The notes under the pieces are model-generated. The model did no database searches, was not told where the DNA came from, and was given only the letters and a program-made list of their open reading frames with translations. DNA of 64,000 nucleotides, from IMG/VR virus record IMGVR_UViG_3300028423_000861, positions 77,984 to 141,983 of that record, one strand, 5' to 3'. Within the stretch, counting starts at the first letter, position 1. Every line of letters starts with the position of its first letter. The position numbers and the translations under genes were made by a program. Of the stretch, positions 37,641 to 48,409 are shown piece by piece. Source of the DNA: a virus.

Positions 37641-38066
37641 CTATGCGGCGTATTCATTCAGCCCATATTCTTCACACACAAGGACAAGGAAACGCTCGTA
37701 TTCCGACATGGGGATTTCCTGCTTCCACAGGTAAAACTCGATCTCTTGCTTGGCAGTGCCATACTCCGCAAGGGCTTTCTGGACATCTACATCGAAAGAT
37801 TCCATGTCCCAGCGAAGAGCAGTAGCAAGCGAGATTCCATATTCTTCAACCATGCCATTTAGGCGGGCTTCGAATTCCTCAAGTGCAATGTTCTCGTAAC
37901 GCTGACGACGGGCTTCACGATCCTCAAGCTCTTCGCAAAGGTTATTCCAGGTTTCTTGCTTCTGGGCTTGGGTCATATCATGGAACATCATCATGAAACC
38001 CTCGGTCGGCTTGACACCGCGAGCGTCTTTGTGAAGTTCGGAAATAAGTTCAAAACCACGAGCCAT
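37641..38066 (-). CDS. hypothetical early protein
   Basis: SELHKDARGVKP; follows early promoter. Confidence 0.75.
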   Translation of the reverse strand: MARGFELISELHKDARGVKPTEGFMMMFHDMTQAQKQETWNNLCEELEDREARRQRYENIALEEFEARLNGMVEEYGISLATALRWDMESFDVDVQKALAEYGTAKQEIEFYLWKQEIPMSEYERFLVLVCEEYGLNEYAA

Positions 38067-38091
38067 TGCTGAATCCTTTCATCAAAGCGTC

Positions 38092-38134
38092 TTGCTTACA
38101 ATATCAATATAGTATTAATGATGCTGTTTGTCAA
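38092..38134 (-). promoter_or_regulatory. sigma70-type (early) promoter
   Basis: TTGACA-17-TATATT. Confidence 0.8.
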
Positions 38135-38819
38135 CGTTTGATTGATATTTTTCCGAGGCTCTGAGGAAATTCTTTCCAATTGAATGTATAAGATCTGTGC
38201 TCATTACAATTTCATAGTGGGTAGCTTGAATATATTTGGTATATAGGTCTTTGCGGGCAGTCATGCTAGATACAGTGAGAACACAGTCATTGTTTTCTCC
38301 CATTCCTGGAGCACCGCCTCGTGTGCTTACATAATTGGTCCATCGACCTGGAAGATCAAATGTTCTTGCTGCTTGGATAATTTCTGATCGGGTTCCCACT
38401 TCACGGTATAGCCTATGATTCGGAACCATATATTTGGCCCAGTCTGCTGCTTTGCTCCCGCCCCAAGGCGAAGCAATGGTTGCTCCCCCAATACACTCAA
38501 CCATTTGTGACATGTGTGCAGCATAAATCCCGCCCATGCTATGACCGACAATATAAAGTGGCCCGCGCTTTTTAACCGCTGAAACCATTTCTTCAAGGTT
38601 ATTGTGGAATCCTCCATCAACACTCCATTCGATATTGATATATTCAAATCCTGGCAAAGCATGACGGAGATATTCAAATGTAACGTTTGACTGGTAGGCA
38701 CCGTGTATTAGGACAATACTAGGAAGCGGCGCATGTTCTTCATGGACATGCGGGTGATCAATTTCGACCTGAACCGGGGCTCTGTTGAACCATTTCCAAG
38801 GACGCAAGTTCATATACAT
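38115..38819 (-). CDS. alpha/beta hydrolase
   Basis: IHGA, GHSMGG, NDCV, terminal His. Confidence 0.85.
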   Translation of the reverse strand: MYMNLRPWKWFNRAPVQVEIDHPHVHEEHAPLPSIVLIHGAYQSNVTFEYLRHALPGFEYINIEWSVDGGFHNNLEEMVSAVKKRGPLYIVGHSMGGIYAAHMSQMVECIGGATIASPWGGSKAADWAKYMVPNHRLYREVGTRSEIIQAARTFDLPGRWTNYVSTRGGAPGMGENNDCVLTVSSMTARKDLYTKYIQATHYEIVMSTDLIHSIGKNFLRASEKYQSNVDKQHH

Positions 38820-38881
38820 ACCATCATTATTTATAGTTGTATTGGACTAACCATGGTCCAATACGGAGTTATTTCTGGCTC

Positions 38882-39280
38882 TCACCCCCCTCTAATATCC
38901 TGTAACAATTCATGCGACTGTATTACAGGTATTTCTCTTTTTTCTGCTTGTTCACACATGTTAGCAGTTCCGTCGCCTCCAGGAAATGCTAGAACCAGGT
39001 CGACAACTAACAAATCAATCATCAATTGATTGCGTATAGGACCGGCTGCCCGATTGTATTTTGTCCAGTTGGCAGGTATTTTAACTTGGTCTATTCCTAC
39101 TTCTTTACAAACTTTATTGGCTGTGGTGTCTGCGCCTGGTGCATCACCATGAACTACAACCAAGTGATCGTATTCAGTATCAAGATACACGAGACAGTCA
39201 AAAACCGATGCAACATCACAGAATGTTCTACCCCCGGTCACCAGAACTATAGTCGAGGAGTTGTGCGATTTCCTGTGCAA
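38882..39280 (-). CDS. SLOG/YspA-like (DUF2493) protein
   Basis: VTGGR, HGDA.GAD, AGPIRN, AFPGG.GT. Confidence 0.85.
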   Translation of the reverse strand: MHRKSHNSSTIVLVTGGRTFCDVASVFDCLVYLDTEYDHLVVVHGDAPGADTTANKVCKEVGIDQVKIPANWTKYNRAAGPIRNQLMIDLLVVDLVLAFPGGDGTANMCEQAEKREIPVIQSHELLQDIRGG

Positions 39281-39715
39281 GTATCTGTCTCACTTCTTGT
39301 GGTGTAATGTGTGTCTGGAAATCATTAATTCTTCGAAAGAGTTTTAATTTCAATTCTTTCAAATCATCGTCAATCCAAACAAAAAATCTGGCATTTTCAT
39401 TATCTTGCCATGTCATTGATATGGTGTATTCAACACCATCCACTTCAACGCGCATATATCACCCGCTAATGTAAGGACCTGATTTGGGTCTATACCAAGA
39501 TTTTTGGTTATGAAGACGACCCAGGAGTTCATTTAACTCCTGGATCTCTTGGTCAATTTCTTTCACACGAGGAAGATCACTAACAGGTTTTATAGTGCTT
39601 TCCACATGTGTTAGACGCAATTTAGATAGACGACTTACTTTGTCGTGAAGTGCATTTTCTATGAGTTCGATGTCTTTAATGTCTAATTCGAAATTCTTAT
39701 TATAGCTCATTTACA

Positions 39716-40108
39716 CTAGTGTTTCCATCTGTTGCGTTTTTGCCAGTATTGTTTCCATTTACGATAACCACCTTTGCGATCGAAAGAAAGATTGTATTCT
39801 GCTTTTTTAATACGCTCTTCCAGTCTGTCTATCGCATCTTTTATCAGTTGTTGTTCATACGAAACTTCTGGCTTGTAGGCGAGTTTACTACCTTTTTTAT
39901 TGTTACATTCAAAACATGCTACAACACAATTACTTGATGTATGATATCCACTTGTATGACTTCGAGGTATCACATGATCCATTGTAGCTGTTTTTTTAGT
40001 AAGTAGGCGTTTACAATAGTAACACCTATAATTTTGTTTTTGGAGAATTCGTTCTCGATCTAGTTTATAAAAAGCTCTAGCGAGTCTTTTCTTGTTTTTT
40101 CTTTTCAT
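39716..40108 (-). CDS. HNH endonuclease
   Basis: CYYC, T.DHVIP, N...AC..CN..K. Confidence 0.85.
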   Translation of the reverse strand: MKRKNKKRLARAFYKLDRERILQKQNYRCYYCKRLLTKKTATMDHVIPRSHTSGYHTSSNCVVACFECNNKKGSKLAYKPEVSYEQQLIKDAIDRLEERIKKAEYNLSFDRKGGYRKWKQYWQKRNRWKH

Positions 40109-40157
40109 GAAAGGTGTCCTTCTGTTTCGAGGACTGCCCCAATTTTTATTGTTATTA

Positions 40158-40450
40158 TGGAGGGATTCTGTTTCTAGGCTCCCTCCGGGCCCAGCTGATT
40201 ATGCCGCTAGGGCAACCTCAGCAGGTGCTGCGTTTGTGTTTGCAGTTATTAAGATGCGACTATTTCGCGTTCGCCTCCGACTAACTCCACTTCCCTACAA
40301 CGTGCATCGATCCTATGTCGCCCCCATCAAAACATTACTTGCTGTTACACTATGGCCATTAACCTATTTGGTCACAAGTAACGTTATGGTGGAGGCGTCC
40401 GGTACTGCCCCGGAGTCTACTACGCTTTCAAGTTGCTTCCTCGTTAGCAT
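40158..40450 (-). ncRNA. ssrA: circularly permuted two-piece tmRNA; tag ANTNAAPAEVALAA (40199-40243)
   Basis: T arm plus CCUCCACCA (ends 40387) precedes GGGGGCG 5' piece (starts 40325); resume codon GCA. Confidence 0.9.
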
Positions 40451-40607
40451 GTTTATTTATACAGAAATCCCAGGGCATTGTCAACTGATTTGCAAACGGA
40501 AGTAGACAAGAACCACAGTCATAATCATCTTGTACAAGTCTTTCAAGTAATTCCTCTTCAGTTGCATAATCTTTTGTGCTAATGCCCCTGCATTGACATA
40601 TTATCAT

Positions 40608-40730
40608 TTATTGAATCCATTCAACTTCAACGTTAGTGCTGCCACCACCACGCAAAAATCTCTCACTGCTTGATCCGGTCGCATAAAATTCAGGTTTATA
40701 AGGAAGTCTAGAAATAACGTTGGCACCCAT
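40608..40730 (-). CDS. 40-aa ORF resembling the C-terminus of 40768-41643
   Basis: ends VEVEWIQ vs FEVEWIA; own SD and TATAAATA. Confidence 0.45.
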   Translation of the reverse strand: MGANVISRLPYKPEFYATGSSSERFLRGGGSTNVEVEWIQ

Positions 40731-40767
40731 GCCATTAATTCTCCGTTATTGTTGTATTTATATGGTT

Positions 40768-41643
40768 TCAAGCAATCCATTCAACTTCAAAAGTGGTGTT
40801 ACTGTAACCACTGTTCAGTGTTCTGTCACCACTGTCACCGTTCGCATACCATTCAGATACCATGCTAGCAACACCATCAAGAGGAAAGACGTTGCTTGTT
40901 TTGCACGACTGCCAGCGGTTATCGCCATTGTTAACCCAGGACTGGTGTTCGTATCTAATAAGAGTTCCACCGCTGTCATACAGGGCGACACGGGCTCTAC
41001 CGAGCGTCGTCTGTCGGTTAGGACAATCTCCACTTGTTCTCACAACTGCGGCGTTTGCATCAGCTGGAACGTCTACACGTTTGGTTGTTGAATTGTATGC
41101 ACTCAGTGTATCAAAATCAACGTCCCAATTTGGTAGTTCAGTCCAAGTGCTTGAAGGCACAGTATATCTAGATGATAGATGTATATGCAAGAAGCCTATG
41201 CGTCCTAATGTTGCAAAGCCAAGTGATGTATAATCCGGATCCCATTGCATATCCGAACCGAATGTTCTACGACTTGTCATAAAGATTTCGTCACCCAAAT
41301 TTGCTATAAAAGGACGTGTTCTGAATCCAAATGCGGCGCGGCCATCGTAACGGTCAAACGTTCCTTCTAGCATTTCAACTCCGCTTCCGTCCGTTGGATC
41401 ACGTTTAACCTGTATGTCATAATCCACAGAATAGTTTGAGGAATTGAAAAATGTAGTCCCAAATACCTGTATGGGTTTTCCGTCTGCTGATGGAGGGAGA
41501 ACCATTCTTGTCCCTCCAGCATCCAAAATAGCATTACTGTTAATGTTTGAAGAAGATCCAAAATATCTCCATGCAAGTTCTTGTGTGGAGGTTGTATGTG
41601 TGTTTAATGGTGAATTTTGTGCTCTAAGATATGCCCAGGTCAT
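40768..41643 (-). CDS. putative virion/tail-fibre-associated protein
   Basis: Ser/Thr/Gly-rich beta-type sequence in late cluster. Confidence 0.55.
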   Translation of the reverse strand: MTWAYLRAQNSPLNTHTTSTQELAWRYFGSSSNINSNAILDAGGTRMVLPPSADGKPIQVFGTTFFNSSNYSVDYDIQVKRDPTDGSGVEMLEGTFDRYDGRAAFGFRTRPFIANLGDEIFMTSRRTFGSDMQWDPDYTSLGFATLGRIGFLHIHLSSRYTVPSSTWTELPNWDVDFDTLSAYNSTTKRVDVPADANAAVVRTSGDCPNRQTTLGRARVALYDSGGTLIRYEHQSWVNNGDNRWQSCKTSNVFPLDGVASMVSEWYANGDSGDRTLNSGYSNTTFEVEWIA

Positions 41644-41652
41644 GTTTTGTCC

Positions 41653-42150
41653 TTATGAATAGTCGTAACCCACTGCGCTCATGAATGTGTTGCTCAATCC
41701 GGGTTGCACGTATTTGGTTCTTGCATGATAAATTCTTATCTCAAGATAGTCATCTTGTACAACAGGTATGATGTTGGTCGTTCCCACAGCACCTTTTTCT
41801 TCCTTGTATTCACCAGGCTGGTCAGCAACAATGCCACCTGACCTAAAGATCTGTAGGCGGTGATATCCATCGCCCGTGTAGTTACTCGGAAACATAGCCC
41901 ATGTTAAAGTAACATAGTTAATACCCGAAGGAACGTATAGTCGTCTTGAACTGAGATCTGGACGGAACCAGGGTTCTGTCGACGAAGTGTCTTCATGCAA
42001 TGTATTAAAAGCTAGCCATGTGTATGCACGACCACTTAATGTTTGTGAGCTTCCGGAACGATAAATTGTTGCATATGAAACAACATTTATTGAATCACTA
42101 AACTGACTTCCACTTCCACTAGCAATTGAACCAGGTATAGGCATGATCAT
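41653..42150 (-). CDS. putative virion protein
   Basis: late cluster; similar beta domain. Confidence 0.5.
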   Translation of the reverse strand: MIMPIPGSIASGSGSQFSDSINVVSYATIYRSGSSQTLSGRAYTWLAFNTLHEDTSSTEPWFRPDLSSRRLYVPSGINYVTLTWAMFPSNYTGDGYHRLQIFRSGGIVADQPGEYKEEKGAVGTTNIIPVVQDDYLEIRIYHARTKYVQPGLSNTFMSAVGYDYS

Positions 42151-42162
42151 GGTGGATTCTCC

Positions 42163-43143
42163 TTATGACGACTCTACGCCAATTTCGGCCGCTTTGGCTT
42201 CTGCTACTGTCCATGCTACACCAGTTGCTGGATTTACGTCCCAATAATCACGAAATTGTTGATATGCAATTGTTAGCGTATTTGAAGTTTTTACATCATC
42301 AGTGGTGCCAGAACGGATCATTAGACTTATGCTTTGGACTGGTTCTGCTGCTTTTTTCGCTCTGACCGATAGACCATAACCAATTACGTCCCAGCCAGTA
42401 TCAAAGTCGGTTGTAAGAGTTGCCGGTGTAAAAGTTGCCTTGTTTCCAGCACTCTGGGTTTCAATAGTGTCAGTATCATTACGTCCATTTTCATCTACAT
42501 CTGTATAAGCGCCGGTCCATGCTGTATAATTTCCAGCGCCGCCGGGTTTTGTTTGGACATATTCCATTGAAGTAGTAAGTTCATCACAAACAAAAACTCC
42601 TGAAAATGTTGTTTGTTTATCAAAAAATCTTCTTCCACCTAAACGAAATGATTTAATCTGACTTCCTGTTCGAAAAATAGTATCGCCACTGTAAGTATAA
42701 ACAGAAACGCCGTCCTTCCAAAATTCAATTGAACCACTTACATCATCCAAAACAAATTTCATGTCCCAGCGATTTTTTATGCCTGAGCCTGTAAATTCAA
42801 AAGTACTTCCTGCTTGTATCCAAGATGTTCCATCATTATACTCGACAGTGGTTGTATTGTCATCTTGTGGTTTATTAACACGCCATATTGCTTCGTCATT
42901 TTCATTATAAAGCAAAACAGTATTTGCTGAGTTCATATCCCAGTTATCCAAGTAAACATTAAAAGCCAAATATATAGTTGCTGAGGGAGTTGCGAGGTCA
43001 AGAATGTCTGTCAATCCATCTACCCCAGCACCCTCCGTAACATAAGGTGCAATTTCACTTGCGGCTGTAACAGAAGAACTTTCACTTGATGGTGTACCTT
43101 CCCAAAAGTCGTTGATAGATGTTCCTGTAAAAAGCAAAGCCAT
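42163..43143 (-). CDS. putative virion structural protein
   Basis: NPATGVAWT motif; Thr/Ser-rich. Confidence 0.6.
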   Translation of the reverse strand: MALLFTGTSINDFWEGTPSSESSSVTAASEIAPYVTEGAGVDGLTDILDLATPSATIYLAFNVYLDNWDMNSANTVLLYNENDEAIWRVNKPQDDNTTTVEYNDGTSWIQAGSTFEFTGSGIKNRWDMKFVLDDVSGSIEFWKDGVSVYTYSGDTIFRTGSQIKSFRLGGRRFFDKQTTFSGVFVCDELTTSMEYVQTKPGGAGNYTAWTGAYTDVDENGRNDTDTIETQSAGNKATFTPATLTTDFDTGWDVIGYGLSVRAKKAAEPVQSISLMIRSGTTDDVKTSNTLTIAYQQFRDYWDVNPATGVAWTVAEAKAAEIGVESS

Positions 43144-43167
43144 TTTTATCTCCATTAAATTTTAAAT

Positions 43168-43602
43168 TTATGCAAGCCCACCAACCAAAGTATAGGTATC
43201 AGACCCCTTGGGTACCACAGTAGCAACTGAATACTGGTCTGTTAGTGTTAGAACACCATTCCTTGCATTTACTGTTGATGTGCCATCACCTTGGAAAGTT
43301 ACAACATTTGATCCTGTATTTTCGAAAGATGGTGGAATTCCGTCAAGGCCAACGGGCACAGTAATTGTGATATTACCACCACTTGTGTCAACATCTTTGT
43401 AAACACCACCCGCAAAGTCTGCTGAAGTAAGTGTATAATTTGAGCTTATGGTAGTGCCGCGAGTGAACAGTGTATCGTTTGTTGCCCCTGATTCAATACC
43501 TGATAATTTGGTTTTTTCTGCATCAGTGTAGGCGTTTGTATCTGATTCACCCTCGTATGCAGTTTTAATTACTGAACCTAATGTGCTTAGTTCTACGCTC
43601 AT
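43168..43602 (-). CDS. tail-fibre-like protein
   Basis: AYTDAEKTKLSGIESGAT motif. Confidence 0.6.
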   Translation of the reverse strand: MSVELSTLGSVIKTAYEGESDTNAYTDAEKTKLSGIESGATNDTLFTRGTTISSNYTLTSADFAGGVYKDVDTSGGNITITVPVGLDGIPPSFENTGSNVVTFQGDGTSTVNARNGVLTLTDQYSVATVVPKGSDTYTLVGGLA

Positions 43603-44254
43603 TATCCTATTCCAATCCTGTTTAGCGATATGCTATTTTAATTTACAGTATTTATAGGATTTTAGGAGTGATCGTCAAAATCACCCAAGCGCATTTCAAG
43701 AACAAAATTGGCTACCACGAGATTAATCGCAGTAGCCAACAGAATAAGTTCTCGAGACTCGCTCGAATCAGATGACTGAATGCGTTCTAAAACACTCATA
43801 GCAAGCATGTTATAAACAGCATCACGGTCAAGATTAAGACCATCCCATTTGATTGGATCGTCTTTTTCAATCTCTTTTGCTAGATCTATAAGTTGTTTTG
43901 AATCTATCATTATTTGAAAATGTCAAGCGCCTGGAGTATTACAATTCCGAAAACCAAGAATACTGCTCCAACCGCAATCAACCCAGCCAATGTCAACCGA
44001 GCCAACTCCTATGCAAAAAGGGCCAATCCTGTTAGCAATATACCAAACACGATGGCCCAAAATATCAATTGCCCAAGCTCATGCTTGAGTTTTTTGTATG
44101 TGCCTGGTTTAGGCATCGCTGCCTTTAAACCAGCTCACTACACGATCATAAATTGCTTTGACCCAAGCTGGTTGTGGAAGTAGATTCCAACCAATAATGA
44201 GTCCTACACCAATCCAAAATAAAATGTCCAACATGATACATCTCCTTTATGTCT

Positions 44255-44686
44255 TTAAGACTGAGTATTTATCATGCTTTTCTGAAACCACGTTTCTAGA
44301 TCAGCCTGAAAAACCTGCTTAACTTTTTCTTGATTCAATTTTTGATCATGAACTCTTGTTCTATCTTTAACATATATTATTTTATTTTTTTCAAGTCTCA
44401 CGATTATGTTTGCAGAAATTATTAATTCAAACGGTAAAGTTTTATTTCTTGAGCGGGTGCTGAGTAAAACAAGATTTTCAGATTTACAAAAATTAGCACT
44501 CAAACGCAATGATTCACATCTATCAATAAGAAGCTTTCGCGGTCGTGTGTCTTGGTTAACAAAGGTTTTATAAAATTCATCTTGATACATCAAGATAACA
44601 AAATCTGGTTGCCAGGGAATATATCCTCCATATTCCCTGGCTAGAACCAACTCTTTATTATGCAATGGCATCTTCAACCATTTCAT
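44255..44686 (-). CDS. hypothetical protein
   Basis: ORF track. Confidence 0.55.
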   Translation of the reverse strand: MKWLKMPLHNKELVLAREYGGYIPWQPDFVILMYQDEFYKTFVNQDTRPRKLLIDRCESLRLSANFCKSENLVLLSTRSRNKTLPFELIISANIIVRLEKNKIIYVKDRTRVHDQKLNQEKVKQVFQADLETWFQKSMINTQS

Positions 44687-44855
44687 TAATTTCTACATAT
44701 TGTGTGTTTTCTTCTTTTCGCGCACGGAAGAAGATGCACTCTGCCTGCATTTCACTCAATGCATCATATGTTTCTGTAGTTCCGTCAGATTTGATAATAA
44801 CAACTTCAAACATCATTTCCTCCTTGTTAATTGAAAACGACATGTAACATGCTGT

Positions 44856-45404
44856 TTATAAACTGTCAACTGTATCTAAAAGCTTATCTGTTTTATGCTG
44901 TGCGGCAAGATGTATTGCAAATTCCCAATAAGCTTCACGATCAAGTTCTTGAAAAAGGAAATCACTCTCGAAATCCACAACAGTCCACATGCCGGCTTTG
45001 ACTTCTTTTTTCAATTGTCCTGGCTGCCATGAACAATATCCAGTTACTAATAGATATTGATTGGGACCAACACCACGATTGATGTCACTTACAATATATT
45101 TTCCACCTGTATAAGCAATACTGTCATTCAAAACAATGCTAGTTTCTCTTGCATAGTCAGCGGTGTGAAGAACATACCCAAGGTGGCGATCAACAGGACC
45201 TCCCATGTGAATACGCTCTGGATACGGCCATCCAATTTCTTCAGACCACTTACTAGCAATATCATAATCCATTGGAACATTCAAAATAACACCAATTGCA
45301 CCAGCGGTGTCATCTGTGTGAACATAGATCACTGTTTGCCGAAATGTATCTGTATTCAGTTTGGGCGTTGCGATTAAAATCTGGCCCTCAATATTATTTG
45401 ACAT
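44856..45404 (-). CDS. YqgE/AlgH (DUF179) family protein
   Basis: LIATP...F...VI, GGPV, GY.SW..GQL..E. Confidence 0.85.
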   Translation of the reverse strand: MSNNIEGQILIATPKLNTDTFRQTVIYVHTDDTAGAIGVILNVPMDYDIASKWSEEIGWPYPERIHMGGPVDRHLGYVLHTADYARETSIVLNDSIAYTGGKYIVSDINRGVGPNQYLLVTGYCSWQPGQLKKEVKAGMWTVVDFESDFLFQELDREAYWEFAIHLAAQHKTDKLLDTVDSL

Positions 45405-45717
45405 ACCATCCTCGTTTGTTACGACAAATATACTTATCTATTTGAGGTTTGTCAAAAAAAGAGTGAGCAATTAACGCTCACTCTCTAGTTCTTTTGCTTG
45501 CTTATATAAAGTATCAGCTAGGTCGGGGTAGCCCATTCGCTGCATTTCGCTTGCGGCGCGCAAGTAGCCCAAGCGTTCAAAAGTTTTCAAAATGATTTTC
45601 ATTATATCACTCCTGCTTGTTTTAGTTCTTTGATGCGTTTTTGGATCTCATCAGGATCTCTAACGCCTTCAAGATAACGTGAAGCAGTAACAGCATTTGA
45701 AAATGCACTGACAATGT

Positions 45718-45885
45718 TTACCATTTGAAATATCCCATGCGCTCTAGTTCACGTTCACGACGCTCTAGATCGCAACGATCGACACTCTGCGCGAGATAAT
45801 CTTCAATTTCTCGCTGGCGTCGAGTCATAATACGTTGGTTATCTTTATCATTGAAGTTGAAAAAATCAACTACTGAATTAAACAT
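45718..45885 (-). CDS. small DUF3563-like protein
   Basis: YLAQSVDRCDLERRER; one of several tiny ORFs at 45470-46025. Confidence 0.55.
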   Translation of the reverse strand: MFNSVVDFFNFNDKDNQRIMTRRQREIEDYLAQSVDRCDLERRERELERMGYFKW

Positions 45886-46148
45886 ATTGATCATAGTCCT
45901 GCCTCCTTGAGTAGGCGATCATAAGCCTGTTCACGGTCTTCGATCCCATATTCCATTTCTACATAACGACGTAGACCTTTACGGTATTCGTTTCTATAAA
46001 ATAAATTTTTAATAAATTTTTTCATTACAAAGCCCTCTCGAATCAAGAAAAATGCAGGTACTTGCTGCACCTGCACAATAATATTTACAATATTTCGGGG
46101 CTGATCACAACTGCATTCTACGTAATCACGTCATGCATTGAATGCATA

Positions 46149-47534
46149 TCATTTTTCCATTTTGAAACCAATGCGTCCTTTGTTGCCGGTTGCAAAATAA
46201 GTTTTGTTATAGACAAATGGTTTGTTGTTGTCTGGAAGTTTTGCATAATATGTGAACGTTACATTATTACCCTGCAAACCAACTTTGGTCAAGATTTGTA
46301 TGTAACCAGTTTCGCGCAGTGTTGCATTAATAACATCTACAAATTCTTCCTCTGCATTGATTCGTGCCACCAAACGGTTGATAATAGCACTGAGCAAATG
46401 ATTATGAAGTGAATATTCAGGTCTTTCAAGTGTTCCTTGATCAACGTTCTGATTTGTGATTAATTGTTTTAAGTTATCGCTTTTAAGAACTTCAGGATTC
46501 TGTTCGTTACGATCCAGTGATTCCATCTCTTCAATATCTTGCTGGTTGATAATTTTCATTCTTCTTGCAAGAACTACTGGGCCGAGTTCGCCTGCTCGTC
46601 TGGGATCACTGGAATACGCAGGAAGAGTTGCTAGGTCTTTGACAATAGTTGCACCCTTGGGATAACGACGTGCTACATCCTGGGGCATTTCTTTGTAGAT
46701 ACCAAGCAAACTACTTGCTGCGCCACCTGCTTTATACATCTTGCTTGAAACACCAATGCGATTGTCTTCTGGAGTTACTACGTAACTATCAACCAACATA
46801 GCTGCTGTGTCTTGTGGGAAAATCACCTTGCTTCTTGACAAATCACTCGTATTGTATCTTTCCTGGATTTCTTCAATGTTGATATTTTGAATGTTGTCAC
46901 TCATCAAAGCAATTACGCCAGCATATTCACCTGCGTATTTGGCAATAATACCTGCTTGAGATCTTTTTTCAAAATGAATTGGTTCGTTATTTCCAGCGGC
47001 GGACTGTATAACCTGCTCGATAAGTTCGCCTACGTGTTCATATTGCGTGCCTTCAAGAGATTTTGATAGATTGCTATGTATTGTTTTGATCAGTTCTTGG
47101 ATCGTTCTTGGGTTTTCATCTGGAATGAGGTCGCTGGGTTTGATTGGCAGGCTCTCTGATTCAATGGCAGCTTGGAATTTATAACCGTCAAAGGTCTTCC
47201 ATTTATTATGGATTCCTTTAAGATCTTGAACGTAGCGAACCCAGTATTCTCTTTTGCCACGTGAAGTTTCAACTTCTGCGACAATTGCTGCTCGGCTTGC
47301 TGATGTTGGAGTATTATCTTCTATGCGACGACCTATCTTGGGAATTACTTGATCAAGAGCAAGTTGCAATTCTTCAAGGTTGTCAAAGGCATAATCGTCT
47401 TGTGGACGAACAAATTTAATATCAATAATGGTGAGAGTATCTTCTGGATTGTTTACACTAACATAAACATCACCAGGTTGACGGGCGCTAACGCCTCTTG
47501 ATTCATTCAAAAAGATTAATTCATTGGCTCGCAT
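46149..47534 (-). CDS. hypothetical phage protein
   Basis: 461-aa ORF behind late-type promoter. Confidence 0.8.
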   Translation of the reverse strand: MRANELIFLNESRGVSARQPGDVYVSVNNPEDTLTIIDIKFVRPQDDYAFDNLEELQLALDQVIPKIGRRIEDNTPTSASRAAIVAEVETSRGKREYWVRYVQDLKGIHNKWKTFDGYKFQAAIESESLPIKPSDLIPDENPRTIQELIKTIHSNLSKSLEGTQYEHVGELIEQVIQSAAGNNEPIHFEKRSQAGIIAKYAGEYAGVIALMSDNIQNINIEEIQERYNTSDLSRSKVIFPQDTAAMLVDSYVVTPEDNRIGVSSKMYKAGGAASSLLGIYKEMPQDVARRYPKGATIVKDLATLPAYSSDPRRAGELGPVVLARRMKIINQQDIEEMESLDRNEQNPEVLKSDNLKQLITNQNVDQGTLERPEYSLHNHLLSAIINRLVARINAEEEFVDVINATLRETGYIQILTKVGLQGNNVTFTYYAKLPDNNKPFVYNKTYFATGNKGRIGFKMEK

Positions 47535-47555
47535 AGTAATATTTATGCGATTAAA

Positions 47556-47855
47556 TTATTCTTCTTCAAGCGTGATCTTTAGTGCCATTCCAGACAACCG
47601 TATAAGAACTTGTGCTTCGGAAAATTTTTGTTCGGCAATTTCGTAAGGATAAACACCTGCAATGCCTTTGCCTTGAAAATGCACAAGCATCGTGATCTCT
47701 GTAGCTTCTTCCTGGCTCTTTCCAAAAACATAATGAAGCAATTCAATTACAAAGTCCATTGGCGTTACATCGTCATTGTGCAACACCACAGCCCATTTTT
47801 TAGGCTCTTTGATTTCAACTTCTTCTTTTTCGATTGTATCTGGGTTTGTAGACAT
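47556..47855 (-). CDS. clpS: Clp protease adaptor ClpS
   Basis: LHNDD.TPMDFV, VH..GKGIAGVY..EIAE.K. Confidence 0.95.
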   Translation of the reverse strand: MSTNPDTIEKEEVEIKEPKKWAVVLHNDDVTPMDFVIELLHYVFGKSQEEATEITMLVHFQGKGIAGVYPYEIAEQKFSEAQVLIRLSGMALKITLEEE

Positions 47856-47900
47856 GAAATCCTCTTGTAATAAGGGAGGGTAACCCCTCCCTTATTTTCT

Positions 47901-48341
47901 TTAGCTTTGTGTGATTTCGATCTTTTTGGGCTGTAGTTCTTCAGGAACCACGTTTACACACTTGATAGAAAGCATACCTTGCTTCAAGGATACACCTTCG
48001 ACCTCAACGGTGTCAGCAAGTGTAAACTTGCGTTCAAAGTTGCGTGTTGCAATGCCTTTATAAAGATAATGTGTGTTGTCATCTGATTCACCGATGTCTG
48101 CACGAACAGTGAGAATACCTTTGTGCAGTTCGATTTCAAAATCATCTTCATCAAAACCGGCAACAGCAATTTCAATCATGAACGTGTTGTCGTCGAGTTT
48201 GATAATATTGTATGGGGGATAACCGTGCGATGTTGTATTCTGAAAAACCTGTTCCATATCTTTGAACAGTCTGTCAAAACCGATTCCACGCTCGGTAAGA
48301 AATGTAGGTAGATTTGTTGTGTTAATTGTGCTTTTGTTCAT
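47901..48341 (-). CDS. small heat-shock protein (Hsp20/IbpA-like)
   Basis: GFDRLF, YPPYNI, IAVAGF, GIA.RNF.RKF.L. Confidence 0.95.
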   Translation of the reverse strand: MNKSTINTTNLPTFLTERGIGFDRLFKDMEQVFQNTTSHGYPPYNIIKLDDNTFMIEIAVAGFDEDDFEIELHKGILTVRADIGESDDNTHYLYKGIATRNFERKFTLADTVEVEGVSLKQGMLSIKCVNVVPEELQPKKIEITQS

Positions 48342-48409
48342 TTTGATCTCCTTTTAAAGCAAGATTAATGTGGATCCCGTTATGGCAATCCACTCCTATT
48401 TATGACAAC

